This document shows, one piece after another, positions 24,008 to 35,805 of a stretch of 64,000 bases of DNA (its first letter is position 1; every line of letters begins with the position of its first letter). The notes beneath the pieces are model-generated. The model was given only the letters and a program-made list of their open reading frames with translations, was not told where the DNA came from and made no database searches. Location of the stretch: positions 5,766,001-5,830,000 of the forward strand of contig JAQFVV010000009.1 of assembly GCA_028023455.1 (NCBI GenBank), in the 5' to 3' direction. Origin of the DNA: Epiperipatus broadwayi (lineage: Eukaryota > Animalia > Onychophora). The position numbers and the translations under genes are program-made.

Positions 24008-27000
24008 TTAACTTATATTCAAAAGTTGATGGATGCCGCCTTGTGTTAATGTACATCTTGTGCACCATAGTGAATATAGAACAAAAGTTGCTGCCCTAAT
24101 CAGTGGTATTGTTTTACTTTGGAAAGCCATCATTACTTGTTCCATTGTGGTTTTATTTTTCCTATATGTATTGCAAAGTATAACTCTTACTTGTTCCAGA
24201 CCTTTGCAGTGATAAAGTAAGTGCTGGACAGTTTCTTCATTTTGATGGCATAAGCCGCATAAAGGATCCATGTCTCTATGGAGGCTTCTGCGGACCAGAA
24301 AGTATGTGGTTGGGAGGGCATCTAAGTTTATTTTAAGGATGAAATTAAAAAATTTTGGCTCTAACTCTCATTTCTTGTATTTTTTGAATTTTTTGGCTCT
24401 AACTCTCATTTCTTGTATTTTTTGATTAATACTTTATTATTTATTTTTAAAAGCAGTAATATTTCATTGTTGGTGATATGGTTCTGCATTAGTTCATACA
24501 TTTCCCAATATTTATATTTTTTTTGTCCATTGGTTGGGGATTTTTTCTATTGCATTGCAGTGGTATATTGCTGATTGAATGAGTGAGTCTTTTGAAGGTG
24601 GTCGATCAGTAGGTGTTATTTTTATTAGATGTTTTAATTTTGTAAATTGATTAAGGCAATTATTGTATTTTTTTGTTTTTGCATGTGGAAAATATTGAGG
24701 TTGTGTAGGCCAAGGCCATTTTTTATTAGTGGTCGGCTAAGGTTTTTAATTGATATGGCCACTGTTTTCCTGGCCCACATAAGTTTACAGCATATGGAGT
24801 TAATTTTTCAGATGAAAACATTAGAAAAAACAATTACTGGCATGTAGTATGTTATTCTTGTCATGATTAGCCTGTTGATTAGTTGTGTCTTTGCATATAT
24901 TGATAGATATGCTTTAGATAATGAATTTGCTATTTTTTCAACATCTTCTTTGAGTTTGTTTTGTATGTGACAGCACATTCCGGTGGTGCCCATATAAAAT
25001 GGAAAACCCAGAAAGGGATTTGGCTTTCCCTGAAATATGGACTCACATGGTTTGCCTGAGAATATATGCCAAGATGCAGATTTTGCTGGATTTATCTTCA
25101 GTCCATAATTGACTGAATATTCTTCCACTATCTTGTTCAACTGTGGTATCTGCTTTTTAGAAGTTAGACAGACCATGACATCATCCATATATGCCAAACA
25201 TGCTATTTTTTGTGTTGATCCTGGTATTTGTATGCCTTCAAAGGATTTATTTATTTCTTTAATGAAGGGGTTAATATAAAAAATAAAGAGTAGGCCACTT
25301 AAGGGTGAACCCTGTGATAGTGACTGAGTGGGGTAGAAAGAGGGAGAATTTCTACCATTAAGTGTTATGTGTAGCTCATGGTTTATTAATATAGCATGGA
25401 TCTGGGGATGTCTGTGGTTTCAAGCATCTTTAGCAGTACAAATATGTTGACAGTGTCAAAGGCTGATGCTATATCCAGTTGTATGACCAGAGGGCTATAT
25501 ATTTTTTTATTTCTTACAGTTACCATTATAGTTTTGAAAAGTAAAGCTGCTTGTATGGTTGAAGATTTTTTCTTAGCAAACTGAGTATCCGAGATGTAAG
25601 GCATCAAAAATGGCCCTATTTTTTCTTTTATAACCTTCTCCAGTATCTTCATTGGAAGTGGTCCCATGGATATAGGTCTTATGTCTTCAAATGCAAGAAT
25701 TTTTTTGTATTGTAAGGTACTATCACTATGGGGTATGCTCCCTGTATACTCCTAATTTCTTGAGCTAGATGGTTTGCCAGATTACAAAGATATTTTGAAG
25801 TGAATTGGCTAAGGTGTTTTAAGACAAAAAGTGGTATTCCTGGACTTCCAGGATGACAGTTATTGTTCATTTCATTCATTTATTTAATGAAATTATCTGC
25901 TGTGAATAATTTTTCATTTTTTGGTGGTTCAAATATGTGTGCTGTCCACTGTACTGGTGGTGCTAATTGCAGTTTGTCTCTAAAATGTTCAAACATAGGC
26001 ATTATCATATTTTGGCCAGCAAAGATTCCTCTTTGGGTTTGTATGGCCATTGGTACTTTAATTTCAGGTGCACTTCCAAGAGCCCATTTTATGTATTTAT
26101 GTGACCAAGTATGTTGCTGGGTGATGCATAATTTGGTTTTTTTAATTTTTAGATACTCTTTTAGGGACTGACAAGCCTCATTATATTCTTGTGTTAAGTT
26201 TCTTATATAATTTTGGGTGTGATGTGTATGCATGATTGCTTTAAGTTTTTCATGAATTTTATCAGCATATTTTAGTAGCTTGGATGGTGATGGTCTATTC
26301 ATTACTATGTGGTTTATATTAAAAGACAAAATATTGATAAAAGCTTGGTATTGTTGTATAGGGTCTAGTTTTATTTGTTTTAGTTTTTCTAGCATTATAT
26401 AGGTTTCAGAAAAGATAAATTCTGGGGTGGACTTGGGGAGAAGGATTCTGATTATATTTGTTAGTGGCAAAATGTTAGTTTGCATTTGATTTAGATTAAC
26501 AGTTATTATTTGTGCAGAGTGATCAGAGAAGCTCAATGGGATGAGATTTATTTTTATTAAGTGATGTAGAGTTGGTGAATAAAAGCATAAGTCTATCAGT
26601 GATTTAAACTGGCCATTACGGAATAGACAGCATCATGAGAAAGGAAACCTTGTCCACTCATTAGCGGAACCTGTATTTTGTGGAGCCACTTTTTTAGTAA
26701 ATTCCTGATTTGATGTGTTGCAATCACCAATCAAGATGGTGGGATTTGCCGTAGTGGCCAATCTTGAATTTATTGACATGATTATTGTTTCAATTCTTTG
26801 TTTATTTATTGGCATATATACAAAAATTACATTGATTGTCATTATTCTCTGACTGAATGTAGTGATTAGGAGATTTGAATAAATGTAAGTGATTTTGAAA
26901 GTTTGAAACGGACAATGATTTGCAATTATTAGGGCTGATCCTGCTGATGGTGATGTTGCATCTCTGGAACCTGTGTAGAATCCTTCCGTACCAAAGTATT

Positions 27001-27150
27001 TGGATGGGTCTATTGTGACCCTGCATAGATTTTGGTTTCTAGTAGACCTGTAATGTGTGGTTTAATTTGTTGCATCCAGTGTTTTATTTTGTATATTTTT
27101 TGAGTTGAATTTAAACCCCTGATATTGATTGCAGCAATTCTTATTTTCAT
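24008..27150 (-). pseudogene. L1-like ORF2 (APE-RT-CCHC), frameshifted
   Basis: ORF fragments 26633-26842, 25880-26536, 25386-25667, 24808-25197 and 24008-24271. Includes a 38-bp tandem duplication at 24353-24425. Confidence 0.88.
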
Positions 27151-27299
27151 TCTGATTATATATTATTATTTTGGTAATTTGGCTTTGATTGGTTAGTGGG
27201 TTTTTTATTGTTTTGGATTGTGTTGGGTGTCTAAATTTAATTATATATTATTTTAAGTGGTAAATTAACTTTGATCAGTCAGTATTTTTTTACTTGTTT

Positions 27300-28875
27300 T
27301 TGTATTGGGTTGTGCTTCTGATTCATCTTCATAGTCTTGATTAGTATCTTCATCAGAGATTTCAGTAGTCTGATATGTGTGCACATCTTCTTCTGATCTT
27401 ACTTTAATTTTATATATTTTTTTTAGTTGGCCGGCCTGGCTTTCTTTTTTGCTCTTTTTCTATTACTATGTTTTGTGGTATATCTAGTGCTATTTTTTCT
27501 AAGATTTCTGTGGCTGTATTATTTCTAATTGTTTGTTTTAGTGGTAAGTTGGAATAATTGTTGATATTTTCATTTTTGTCTGTAGAATCATCTTCTTCCA
27601 TATGAGTTTCTATGTCTGTGATATTTTCATATTCCTTTATTTATTCTTCAATGTTTATTTGGAGATCATTATTTGTTGGTCTTTTATTTTACTTTGGATG
27701 CTTTTCAGTTTTATATTTTCTTTTGTGATTATATTTTGATTTTCAATTTTTTCTTGTGATTGATTACTATTGACGAGTTTTGTTGTGCTGTTTTCCCACT
27801 CTTCATTTTTATTAATCTTTTCAATTGTCAAGTTTAGTGGTTCGTTCTTATCTTGTATTGTTAAGATTCTTTTTTTTTTCCTGATTTTCGTGTTGTAGAA
27901 GACTTGCGTGTATCTTGCTATTTTCTGCATTATTTATTGTTTGGTTTTGGGTTTTGTTCTGGGATTTCCTTTGTTTGCTAATTACTCCTGCGATCTTTCC
28001 TTGTATGTCAGTCTCCTGCCAGATGGCCTCTTTCTCCACATGCATAGCACTGTGGCCTGAGTTCTTTTATTTGAAGGGTGAGGACTGCTTCTTGATCAAT
28101 AATCTGGTTAGGAATTTCTTCAGGATTGATATTTTCATTTAGTTTAATTTTGAAATAGAAGCTGTTGGTGTGTATAGGGATTGGAGTATCACTACAGTAG
28201 ATAGGCTTGATATAGATTGGCTGACCGTAGGGTTGAATTAGTTTGGTAAAGTCTTGTATGCTATATCCAAAATATGTATTTTTTTAAAATGCCTGTATAG
28301 TAGTTTTGCATATTTTTGTCAACCACCACAAAGGCATAATTTTCTAATGTCTGGACTTTTATTTGAAAAGCTTCAGACTGATTTTTGTTGTAAAATTCTA
28401 TAGCTCAATATCTGGAGTTAGGATGTTCTCCAATAGTCATGACACTATCCCATAATAGTTGTGTTGTTAATTCTTTAAATAGAAGTTCTCTTGGGAATTT
28501 ATAGAGAGAAAGATTTCTATCTGTAACTGCTAGGATTAGCGATTTGTCAGAAAAAAAATTCTTAAAACTGTTAAATAATTTTGGGGGTATGATATTATTA
28601 AATCTAGAATTAATCTCTTTTATGTCTTCATTCGTAAAGCTAATCATTAATGGTTCTAGCTCATATTCATCACCGATATATATATCGTTTATGTCTGTTT
28701 GATTTACTTTTCTAAATCTAGGAGATTTACTTAAATTGGTATTTTGCTTATTCTCTTGGTATTGTATATTTGATTTTGCAGCATTTGCATACGTCTTTTG
28801 ATTCGATATTATATTTTCCATTGAGTTGAGAGTTTTTGAACTATTTGACGCATCAATTTTAAATCTTGACGCCAT
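27300..28875 (-). pseudogene. L1-like ORF1, disrupted; 3' end approximate
   Basis: Lys/Asn/Gln-rich ORF fragments 28405-28875, 27655-27930 and 27410-27601 lie upstream of ORF2 on the same strand. Confidence 0.65.
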
Positions 28876-29064
28876 GTTTATCTTTTGATGTTGATTAAAT
28901 ATTCTTTTAAAAAAAGCTGAATTTCTTACCTTTTTTATTTTAATAGCACTTCAAAATCATTTATGATTGTTGTTTTCATTGAGGAAACTTTTTCTGTGCA
29001 GTTTTAGTTGATTTCCTTTTGTCTTTTAGGGTTGTTCCATTTTTTAGACAACAGGACCGCAGTA

Positions 29065-29115
29065 TATTATTATTATCATCATCATCATCATCATTATTAT
29101 TATTATAATAATAAT
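29065..29115. repeat. Compound (TAT)/(CAT)/(AAT) microsatellite
   Basis: tattattattatcatcatcatcatcatcattattattattataataat. Confidence 0.9.
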
Positions 29116-29139
29116 TTATTTCCTAAAGTGAAATTCGAT

Positions 29140-31939
29140 ACATTTTATCCTCATGGTGAAACTTTGTCTAATTTAAATATTTTTCATATGAATATACGAA
29201 GTGTTAGATCTAATTTTGATCAATTTGTTGTATATTTAAATGGTTTTCCTGCCGGCTTTTATGATGTGATAATTTTATCTGAATTTTGGATTTCTGTTGA
29301 AGAACAGCATTTATATGTTCTGGATGGCTATTCAAATATTCTTTCTCCTCGTGCATCTTCACGTTCGGGTGGTGTATTAGTTTTTGTGAAAGAAAACATT
29401 AAATTTACATGTCATAATCCATTTCTTGCCTGTGCAGAATGTGTTTTAATTCATTTGAATTTACCTTGTTTTGTCTTGACTATTATTGCTTTATACAGAT
29501 CGTGTACAAGTATCATTTTGGATTTTATAGCTGAACTTGATGTGTTATTGTCTGATTTACATACTACTTCAGTAATTTTTATGGGAGATTTGAATATAGA
29601 TTTATATAACAATCTACATGGTCCTACAATTTGAATTTGCTTTATAGTTATGGTTTTAATCAAGCTATTTTTTCACCTACTCGTATTACTGGATCATGTC
29701 AATCCATTTTGGATCATATATTTGTCAGATTAAACCAGAATCAAAGTTATGAATCGTCTGTACTAAATATTTTTATTTCAGATCATTTTGCAACTATATT
29801 GAAGTTGCTAAATTGTAGACAACATGTAAATACTCATTTATATGTTAATAAGTTGTCACATAATAAACTAAAAATGTTATTATCTAATCAGAATTGGGAT
29901 TATGTTTTTGCTCTGCATGATGTTGATCAAGCATTTTTAAAATTTCAAGATATTTGTAAATCTTTAATTACAAAATCTATGGTTAGTTTTATATTGACTA
30001 GCAAAAATCGCGTCTGGATAACGAATGATTTGATTGAAAAAATTAATCAAAGAAATCATTTAAAATGTTTGGGTGGAGATTTGATGAGTCTGAAGAAATT
30101 AAATACTGAGATCAAATCTGATATTCGGAAATTAAAATTTCAATATTATCAAAAATATTTTAATGATAAAAATATTTTTTTAAAATGGAAATTGATAAAT
30201 TCTCTTGTAAAGAAACCTTTATCAAATCAATTTAAATTTATAAAACACAATGATAATTTGATTGAAGTCGAAAATAATGAAAAATATATTGCTGACTTGT
30301 TTAATAATTTTTTTTTTCAGATTTGTCAATAGATAGAACAGTACAAGAATTGTCTTTTGCTGATTCTTGTTTAAATTCTTTTTTGTGTACAGATGTTACT
30401 GATTTGGATTTGTCTGGTAAAATTGATCTCTTAAAGAATGTTCATTCAGCTGGTCTAGATAGGTTAACACTAAAGATTCTTAAGGAAAATAAGTCAGCTT
30501 TCATACCTGTTCTTATTTATTTGTTTAATCTTTCCTTAAATGCTGGTTTGTTTCCTACTTGTTTGAAAGTTGGTTTTATTACACCTGTTTTTAAAAAGGG
30601 TAATCCAGCACAGCTTGACAATTATAGACCGATTTCTATTATATCTATAATATCCAAATTGTTAGAGATGGTAGTTAAAGAGAAAATGATGTCATTTTTA
30701 TCTAAAAATAATATTTTATCTGAACATCAATATGGATTTATTTCTGGTAGAAGTACCTTGGACACTTTCTATAGTCATGTAAACAATTTGACAACTTCAC
30801 TAGATAAGGATTTTAAAACTGTTGCTATTTATTTAGACTTGTCCAAGGCATTTGACTCTGTATCTCACAAAATTTTACTTAAGCGTTTATATTCATATGG
30901 TTTTCGTGGTGGACTTATTTCATGGTTTGCGAATTACTTAAAGGATAGAAAACAAGCAACAAATATTTCTGGTGTTGTAAGCTCTTTTATAACAGTTAAC
31001 CATGGTGTACCACAAGGTTCAGTTTTGGGTCCCATTTTATTTATAATTTATATAAATGATTTATTTTCTTTACCTTTAGAAGCTAAGATTTATGGTTTTG
31101 CAGATGATATTGCTTTATCTTATGCTGCAGTTTCATATAATTTTGTTGAAAAAATAATTAATGATGATTTAATCCTAGTTAGTAAATGGTTAGCATTTAA
31201 TAATTTATCAATTAATTTGAGTAAAACAAAAGCTATTAATTTTTCTTATAAGTCAAATATTCATTCGCTTAACATTACTATTTGTAATAAGTATTTTTGG
31301 CGTTGTAATAGCACTTGTACTTGTGTTAACATTTCATTTGTTGATAATATTTGTTATCTAGGTGTTTTTATTGACTCCAGACTATCCTGGTCAAACCATA
31401 TTGACTTTCTTTGTTCTCGTTTACGTAAATTAAATTATATGTTTTTCTACTTATCTAAATTTTTTCCTCGTTCAGCCTTGATTACTTTATATATTTCTTC
31501 ATATCAAAGCTTATTATGTTATAATATATCAGTTTGGGGGAACTGTTCTACTTTTGCAATGACTACTTTGTCTGTTTTACAAAATTATACAATGCGTATC
31601 ATTTTTGGTAGATCACGTACCACATCTGTTAAAGATATTTATGCCACGTTTAATATACTAGATGTTTTCCATTTGTATAAATATAGAGTGATTCTTGATA
31701 TTTATTGTAGGAAACTTCATTTGGGTACTAAATCTTCTGTTGTAAATACTCGTTTATCTACTAAATATCAGTTAGCTTTACCTAATTTTCTTAAAACATC
31801 TAGTAGGAAGCAGTTTAATTATTATGGTCCTAAATTATTTAATATGTTTGTAAGAGATTGTTCTGTGAATTTAATGAACACTAGTTATTTGATTTTTAAA
31901 AAGCATTTATGGCACTGGTTATATTATGCTAAGCATTAG
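29140..31939 (+). pseudogene. CR1/L2-group ORF2 broken by two frameshifts
   Basis: Overlapping ORFs 29008-29634, 29631-30332 and 30323-31939. The second shift falls at the poly-T run near 30308-30317. No internal stops otherwise. Confidence 0.88.
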
Positions 31940-32423
31940 TTTTATTTTGTTTATACTGTATGTTATGTTGTAATTATTTACTACTGTTATTGAATTTCCA
32001 AATGTAATATCTGTATAATTTTAATATTTTATGTTATATTTATACTTTTTTTTTTTTTTGTATTTTATTAGTGTTTTTAGTAAATACTCGTTTATCTACT
32101 AAATATCAGCTAGCTTTACCTAATTTTCTTAAAACATCCAGTAGGAAGCAATTTAGTTATAATGGTCCTAAATAATTTAATATGTATTTATAAGAGATTG
32201 TTCTGTGAATTTAATGTACTATCTTATTTGATTTTTAAAAAGCATTTATGGCACTGGTTATATTATGCTAAGCATTAGTTTTATTTTATTTTTTTGTTTA
32301 TATTGTATATTATGTTGTAATTATTTACTACTGTGATTGAATTGCAAAATGCAATATCTGTGTGATTTTAATATTTTATGTTATATTTATACTTTTTTTT
32401 TTGTATTTTATTAGTGTTTTTAG
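31742..32423 (+). repeat. Tandem duplication of the LINE 3' end (~340-bp units, 31742-32079 and 32080-32423)
   Basis: gtaaatactcgtttatctactaaatatcag...tagtgtttttag occurs twice, with multiple substitutions. Confidence 0.9.
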
Positions 32424-32526
32424 TTGTTGCATTTAAATTCCTCACACAAGATTTTTCTTGTATGGAATTTATCTCACTGTATTATACATTTATTGTTTGC
32501 TTCATAATGAATAAATAAATAAATAA

Positions 32527-32558
<32 letters not shown>

Positions 32559-32562
<4 letters not shown>

Positions 32563-33033
32563 AGTAATAATAACAAGTCAGATGTCACATGACTTATATA
32601 TAGCTTGCACTTACAAATATGTAAAATTAAGAGCGTGCTAATAGCTCTAAACAAGCTTTTTTTTTTTTATTTATGATAAATGCTACTACAAGAGAAGGCA
32701 TTCAAATCATTTTTATCTTGGATTGTCCCCATCCCCAGACCGGTTTCGACCTATGGGTCTCTTCAGTGAGGAGTTGGGACATTAGATTTAAAAAACCAAC
32801 TCAAGCAAAGCATTTATCTAAAAGTTAATTGTTAGAAGAAGATCTGAAACTTTTAGACATCTACATGTCTTTAAAGTCAGCTCTCCAACTGAAAAAATCA
32901 TATGGGCCTGAACTTAATTCAGAGACTCCATATATTAGTAGGCTTAGCCCTTTAATTTAGCTAAAGCCACAACAGCAAAATAATAATAGTAATAATAACA
33001 AGTCAGATGTCACATGACTTATATATAGCTTGC
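32559..33033 (-). mobile_element. Non-coding hammerhead-bearing unit (425-bp monomer plus 50-bp terminal redundancy), retrozyme-like
   Basis: Identical 50-bp direct repeats at 32559-32608 and 32984-33033 enclose an intact hammerhead, several hairpins and an internal A-run. No ORF. Confidence 0.7.
32725..32780 (-). ncRNA. Intact minimal type-I hammerhead ribozyme
   Basis: Minus strand: GTCCC-aac-TCCTCA-CTGAAGA-GACC(cata)GGTC-GAA-ACCGGT-C-TGGGGA-tg-GGGAC. Full core, 4-bp stem II, palindromic stem III, GUC triplet. Predicted cleavage between 32738 and 32737. Confidence 0.92.
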
Positions 33034-33106
33034 TGCTGCTGCTGTTGTTGTTGTTGTAGTAGTAGTAGTAGTAGTAATTATTATTATTATTATGATGATG
33101 ATAATG
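33030..33106. repeat. Graded compound trinucleotide microsatellite (CTG)(TTG)(TAG)(TTA)(TGA)
   Basis: ttgctgctgctgctgttgttgttgttgtagtagtagtagtagtagtaattattattattattatgatgatgataatg. Confidence 0.9.
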
Positions 33107-33149
33107 TAAGAAATATCATTAAGAGTACATATGTATATGCTGGATTTAA

Positions 33150-34300
33150 AATGCAATGTTAATAAGAAAAAATGCCAAATAAAAACTTATTAAAATTTAC
33201 TGGATAGAAAATTAAGTGTAAATAATAGATGATGTAAATTAAAACAACAGGTAAGACATATTTAAAGAAAGCAAAAGAAGGTACAACACAAGTACTAGCT
33301 CTGGATTGAAAATCTACATTAAGTAAAAGTATGTGTAGAAAATTTATTGAGTGGAATAGATACAAGTACAGTTAGAAAAAGGAATGCAACGAGACAGAAG
33401 AATTAGAAAGTAAAATTAGATATTAGTTTACAGTAGAATAAAATACTTTGAAAAGCAGAATCGCAGGCATGTTATATTAGTTCAATCAAAAATGGAAAAT
33501 TATTAATAGAAAAGAGATATAAATGGAAAAATGAGAAAAGTAGATAAGCTCTCATTTGTGTTAATAGAAGAATTAGATTAATGGAAGCAAAATGTCTATG
33601 ACAATTAAGGGTGAAATAGCAAAAGCTACTGCTGAGATCAAGTCAGAAAAAGTATAGGAATTAATGAAATTCTATTAAAATCAACTTTTTGAAGGATGGA
33701 TAAGATTTATGAATGATTGTTTTCTTTAGAGAAAGGCAATAAAATGTGAGGATTTTAGAATAAGTTTAATCTCATGTATGATTGGGATAAGCGTTGAACA
33801 GAGATGTATTTAGATATTTAAGCTGGAAGTATGGATTTAGAGAGTAGAGAAATAAGAGATATAACAGAAAAGACAGAAATTAGCACCAATAAATATGTGG
33901 GAGAAAGGAGTTTATCTTGAAATGGAAAGTGTCAAAAAAAAAAAAATTGTGAAATTTTTTATAGAACTGATGTGATTTTAATAAGAATAGAAATAGCACT
34001 AGAAGGCAATACATCATTTTGCTGATAACATCGAAGAATTGATTAAATTTGTAGAAACTTGGGATGGAAATCATTACTTCTAAGTCTTAAGCAATATTTG
34101 TTTGGGAGGGGGGTTAAGAGTCTTGGGAAGGTAGGTTAATACTTTTAAATATTTAAATGTGTCTGATGGTGGAAAGTGACAAACTATTAAAGTGAGAATT
34201 GCAATGGTTAGCAGTTAAATAAATTAGTTGTTTTTATTCCATTGAAATTGGATAATTAGGAAAAGTGCTGTGAAGGTGAAAACTTTTGAGTTGTGAATTT
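33150..34300 (-). pseudogene. Degraded LINE endonuclease relic; boundaries approximate
   Basis: Minus-strand LDLS...HRHFASI near 33570-33640 versus IDLT...SDHFPI. PPPKQILL near 34100 versus PxILLGDFN. Confidence 0.35.
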
Positions 34301-35517
34301 GGACACTATATTGTAGAAGAATGGAATTTGTGATAATATGTTGAAGAACATTAATTCATCACTATATATATTTGTTTGGCATTCTGTCCAACCCTTATTT
34401 TTTCATTTATCGCTGTTTATTGCATTATTTTTACTTTAAGGAAATTTTCTATATATTTGTAAATTACATCGCCACAGCCAAAGCATAAAATAAACCAACG
34501 GAATATCAACAATCTGTTATCAAAACAACAGACTGCTAATATTCTGTGGATTTATTTTAAGCTTTGACTGTGATGTAAGAATTTATGATATATATAATAA
34601 CTGAAACACAGGCTTATTCTATATCTGTGTCTATATATGTAATAAATAGGGCATATGAGCACAGACTTTCAGATGACCCATCACTCTCCACTCTATCTAA
34701 TAACACCGATAACTTTAATTTACAAGTGCCAAAACTTTCTGCACTCACAAATTTTGACACTAACTCCATTAGATGATTATTAATAATCAATCATTTATTA
34801 AACTAGAGATTATCCCTAGTCCACATCTAAACTTTATAAGCCTTAGTTAAACATTAATATATCTGTTTATTTAATTAAACAAACACATGGAATAACTCAA
34901 TTTCATTTATCTTTTTCCATGTGTAATGTCTTTTTTTAAAAAATATACTTAAAGCTTCCACTTTGGCACACATTCTTGAAACTTATGATTAAAGATATCT
35001 GAAAAAGACAATGCCCCTCCAAAATACAACTCATGCAAACCTGTGCTCTTCAGTCGGCCCAGGCTGTAATCTCTTATAATGTCTTTACCATTTGTTCACT
35101 ATGAAAGTCTGTTGGTTATAAATCAAAGGGCATTTATTTGGTATTGATATGATAAAGATATGTGGGAGATTGTGATCCATGCCAAGTGAAGAGTATTGCT
35201 TCAGAATGAAATGACATTTTGGCAGTTTTCTTTTAGATCTTTTTATTTAAATATTTTAAGAATGTGTGATTAGTGTAAATATTAATTATATCTAAAATAC
35301 TTACATATACCTGCAGTTACATTGCATTTAACAAATTGTTTCAATTAAAACTTGAATTCTTGTAAGAAAATGTATTAACATTTCCAAGATTTCTTTGATT
35401 TTTGTTTTTTTAATATTGTATTTGAAACATTTTAACATGAAATTGCAGTTTAATTAGATATATTTTGTTTTTGCATTAAAACAATAAAATTAATATATAT
35501 TTTTTGTTGTTATTTAG

Positions 35518-35805
35518 GTTTTAACATTTATAAATAGTAAAGATGATGATCATCGTATTCCCAATTTTTTTCCCAACATTACTTCAGATGTTATGGACTA
35601 TCAGGTAATCATCATGACAGCACCCAATAAAGGAATATATGAAGCTACAGTTAGGGTTGATCTCTACAATGAAAAGTATGATATCACTGCAGAAATTAGT
35701 CGTTTGGACCGATATGCAGATCAAGCAAGTTGTATAACTGATAAATATCCAGACTTAAGAAAATATTGTCTGTGCAATACTTACTTGAAAACACTCAGTG
35801 TATAA
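35518..35805 (+). CDS. Terminal coding exon of the DUF229-family gene
   Basis: Acceptor tatttAG at 35516-17. The phase-0 frame VLTFINSK...YQVIIMTAPNKGIYEATV...ISRLDRYADQASCI...LRKYCLC...TAA matches the family C-terminus and continues the 7473 donor in frame. Confidence 0.85.
   Translation, partial: VLTFINSKDDDHRIPNFFPNITSDVMDYQVIIMTAPNKGIYEATVRVDLYNEKYDITAEISRLDRYADQASCITDKYPDLRKYCLCNTYLKTLSV

Larger units (their letters stand above)
23850..28900 (-). mobile_element. L1-clade (Tx1-like) non-LTR retrotransposon, near full length but disrupted; ends approximate
   Basis: ORF1 starts at ATG 28875. ORF2 starts at ATG 27150 (MKIRIAAINIRGLN...LLETK) and carries EN motifs ILIGDCN and SFSDH, RT motifs QLDIASAFDTV and YMDDV, and a C-terminal CCHC knuckle CGLCHQNEETVQHLLYHC ending at 24008. 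Confidence 0.88.
28990..32530 (+). mobile_element. CR1/L2-group non-LTR retrotransposon with a single EN-RT ORF and an (AATA)n tail
   Basis: APE motifs HMNIRS, ILSEFW, GGVLVFV, MGDLNIDL, SPTRIT, LDHIF, ISDHF. RT motifs YRPIS, QYGF, LDLSKAFD, GVPQGSVLGPILF, FADD, YLG. Tail aataaataaataaataaa at ~32510. No ORF1 is visible. Confidence 0.9.

Noticed and set aside
29008-29140. His/Tyr/Asn homopolymer N-terminus of ORF 29008-29634
   Set aside because: It is the translation of a microsatellite upstream of the real APE domain.
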